From contig CAVRGP010000015.1 in the NCBI GenBank assembly GCA_963720755.1, positions 1 through 64,000 of the forward strand: 64,000 bases of DNA, in the 5' to 3' direction. Below, one piece after another: positions 61,894 to 64,000 of this stretch. The DNA is from an uncultured Chloroflexia bacterium. Its GTDB lineage: Bacteria > Chloroflexota > Limnocylindria > Limnocylindrales > CSP1-4. The notes under the pieces are model-generated. The model was not told where the DNA came from. It worked only from the letters and a program-made list of their open reading frames with translations, and did not search any database. The translations under genes and the position numbers were made by a program. Each line of letters starts with the position of its first letter. Positions within the stretch are counted from its first letter, which is position 1.

Positions 61894-63381
61894 CTATTCG
61901 GTGAGGACGGGCAGCGCAAACCCGAATTCCGCGCCACCGGTGGGGCGCGGAATTGCCCAGATCCGGCCGCCCATGGCCGCCGCCAGGCGGGCCGACACAA
62001 ACAGGCCGATGCCAGCCCCGGCCGCGGCCGGGGCCGTCGTCGGCGAGCGATAGAACAGCTCGAACAGGCGGTCGGTCTCATCAGCGGGGAAGCCGGGCCC
62101 TTCGTCAAGGACACGAACCGCCACTTCATGGCCATCGCTGTCGACGACGACCGAGACCGAAGAAGGAGTGCCTCCGTACTTGGCGGCATTGGACAGCAGA
62201 TTTCTAAGGACCTGCTCGACGTATGTCGGGTCGGCACTGACGGTCGGCACATCCGGCGCGATGGTCGAGGTGAATTTGACCCCGGGCCAGCGCCCATCTT
62301 CGGAATGGACCACCTTGGGGACGAGGCGTGTCAGCAGGACTGGTTCCCAGCCGATCTCGCCAGGGCTGTCCCCGAATCGGTTCATAGCGACGATGTCTTC
62401 CACCAGGCGCTGGAGCCGCTCCGCCTCGTCGTGGATGTCGTGGAGGATCTCACGCCGCGTCTGTGCATCGAGGCTCGACGGTTCCCGGGCGAGGAGCTTG
62501 GCGCCGCCGAAGATCGTGGTGATCGGCGTTCGCAGCTCATGCGACAGCACGCCGACGAAGGTTTCGCGGACCAGTTCGCGCCGACGGGCCTCGCTGACAT
62601 CGCGCATCACGACGATCGTTTCGTCCACCGCCGCGGTCAGTCCGCCTTTGCTCTCGACCGGATAGGTCGACAGCTCGATCCAACGTGACGCATCGGACCG
62701 CGTGGGCAGTTGGATCGGCCCTCCCCGGATACGCAACGGAGGGGCCAGGCCGTCCGAGTCATCCAGCTGGGAGAGGATCTCAGCGTAGGATCGCTCCTCG
62801 ACGTCAGGGAAGAGTTCCTCGGCGGCGGGATTGGCCAGAGTGATCGTTCCATCCGGGCCACATACGAAGACCGACTCGCCCATGGAACGGATGACGGCGT
62901 TGAGTTCGGCGGCGCGAGCGTGCTCCGCCAAGGCCAGCCGCTGGAGCCGGACCTGGGCCTCGATCCGCTCGTGAATATCCCGGCCGATGGCGATGATCGC
63001 CGGGCGGCCCGCATATGCGTCGAGCTGCCGGAAACTGACCTCCATCTCGACCGTTCGACCTCGACCGGCCGAAAAGCCGATCGACCCGACCGTCTCCGGG
63101 GGATCGCCATGCGCCAAGGTGGCGAGCATATCGAGGACCCTGGCTGTGTCGATGGGCCGGAGGAGGGCCTCGAATCGCTCCCCGACGATCGTCGACCGTT
63201 CACGCCGTAACAAGGTGGCCGCGGCCGGATTCGCCTCCACGACGATGTGGCTCCCGGGGTCGAATACGAGAATCGCGTCGATCATCGCATCGAGGACCGT
63301 CCGATCCTGATCGGGTTGCCTGATACGGCCCGGATCCGCGAGCGGAACCGTGGTCGCGGTGGCCTCTGATCGCTCCGTCAC
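61894..63381 (-). CDS. PAS-PAS sensor histidine kinase
   Basis: Two PAS repeats (ANPAA), SHELRTP, NAAKY, DEGPG, GIGL. Confidence 0.9.
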   Translation of the reverse strand: MTERSEATATTVPLADPGRIRQPDQDRTVLDAMIDAILVFDPGSHIVVEANPAAATLLRRERSTIVGERFEALLRPIDTARVLDMLATLAHGDPPETVGSIGFSAGRGRTVEMEVSFRQLDAYAGRPAIIAIGRDIHERIEAQVRLQRLALAEHARAAELNAVIRSMGESVFVCGPDGTITLANPAAEELFPDVEERSYAEILSQLDDSDGLAPPLRIRGGPIQLPTRSDASRWIELSTYPVESKGGLTAAVDETIVVMRDVSEARRRELVRETFVGVLSHELRTPITTIFGGAKLLAREPSSLDAQTRREILHDIHDEAERLQRLVEDIVAMNRFGDSPGEIGWEPVLLTRLVPKVVHSEDGRWPGVKFTSTIAPDVPTVSADPTYVEQVLRNLLSNAAKYGGTPSSVSVVVDSDGHEVAVRVLDEGPGFPADETDRLFELFYRSPTTAPAAAGAGIGLFVSARLAAAMGGRIWAIPRPTGGAEFGFALPVLTE

Positions 63382-63591
63382 GGTTCCTCGAGATATCGGA
63401 TTGGCGCTGCGCCGTTAGGGCACACGGATGGACGATTTCGGTATTGGAACAGACCTTGGGATTGCCGTTGAAGCCGATCACCTGGAGTCGGCATTACAAC
63501 GACGTGACAAGCGTCGCTTGCTTCTCGGCGCCTGGCCCTATACTGGCGCCCCCAGTACGACCATCGCCCGTGATCGTCAGGAAGGTTCCCG

Positions 63592-64000
63592 ATGCACGTC
63601 GCTCCCGCTGACCTCCGGAGTGTCCGTCAGGATGGTCTCGTCATCCGCTTCGCGATGCTCGGCACGATGGCCTTCGTGTTCGGGGAGGTGCCGTCCACGG
63701 GCTCTCCCGGCACCTCCCTCGAGCGGCCGTGCGAACGTCCGCATTGGGGTTTCGTCATCGACGGTCAGCTGACGTTCGTGATCGGGTCACGACGAGAGAC
63801 GATCACGGCCGGCAGGGCATTCCACGTGCGCCCAGGGGGACCCGCCCACCATTTCGAGGCGTCCGGTCACGCCCTCGTGGCCGGGTTCCAGCCCGCAGAA
63901 GGCACGACCGATGTCAGCGACGCCGGCCTTGCCGCGCGCGGAATCGAGATACTCGCCCTGCCATCGGCTGCGACCGTTGTCCCGGCGATCCCGAGCCGGC
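63592..64000 (+). CDS. Cupin-domain protein, runs off the window edge
   Basis: Translated by hand: MHVAPADLRSVRQDG...PCERPHWGFVIDGQL...AFHVRPGGPAHHF; GGAAGG RBS. Confidence 0.75.
   Translation, partial: MHVAPADLRSVRQDGLVIRFAMLGTMAFVFGEVPSTGSPGTSLERPCERPHWGFVIDGQLTFVIGSRRETITAGRAFHVRPGGPAHHFEASGHALVAGFQPAEGTTDVSDAGLAARGIEILALPSAATVVPAIPSR

Overview
High-GC bacterial chromosomal window. The gene content (cofC/cofD/single-domain cofE, homodimeric aceE, many apparently leaderless genes) suggests a soil Chloroflexota or Actinomycetota organism; this is inference only. Layout: (1) 1-4.8 kb, small genes and two type II toxin-antitoxin pairs; (2) ettA, an ECF sigma/DUF4232/GH3 cluster, an F420 cluster, an EAL protein, mtnP, LLM and RidA genes; (3) at about 20 kb, an XRE-HTH + PD-(D/E)xK nuclease gene bracketed by three 40-bp inverted-repeat arms and tandem repeats, with two gene-less hairpin elements of comparable architecture (four 61-bp bipartite arms) at 3.8 and 11.5 kb, together a candidate REPIN-like system without a RAYT; (4) an internally deleted IS5-family element carrying a passenger lipoprotein gene; (5) a 23.9-kb accessory block (26.0-49.9 kb) between two copies of the pncA 5' end, encoding glycoside hydrolases, GT4, an enolase-superfamily enzyme, FAD/Fe-S and TPP oxidoreductases, an actinobacterial-type bcc-aa3 cluster and small stress proteins; (6) aceE, a PQQ sugar dehydrogenase, two-component genes, an ABC exporter and further small stress proteins. 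About ten genes carry single-base frameshifts that look like long-read consensus errors. No rRNA, tRNA or CRISPR array was seen.
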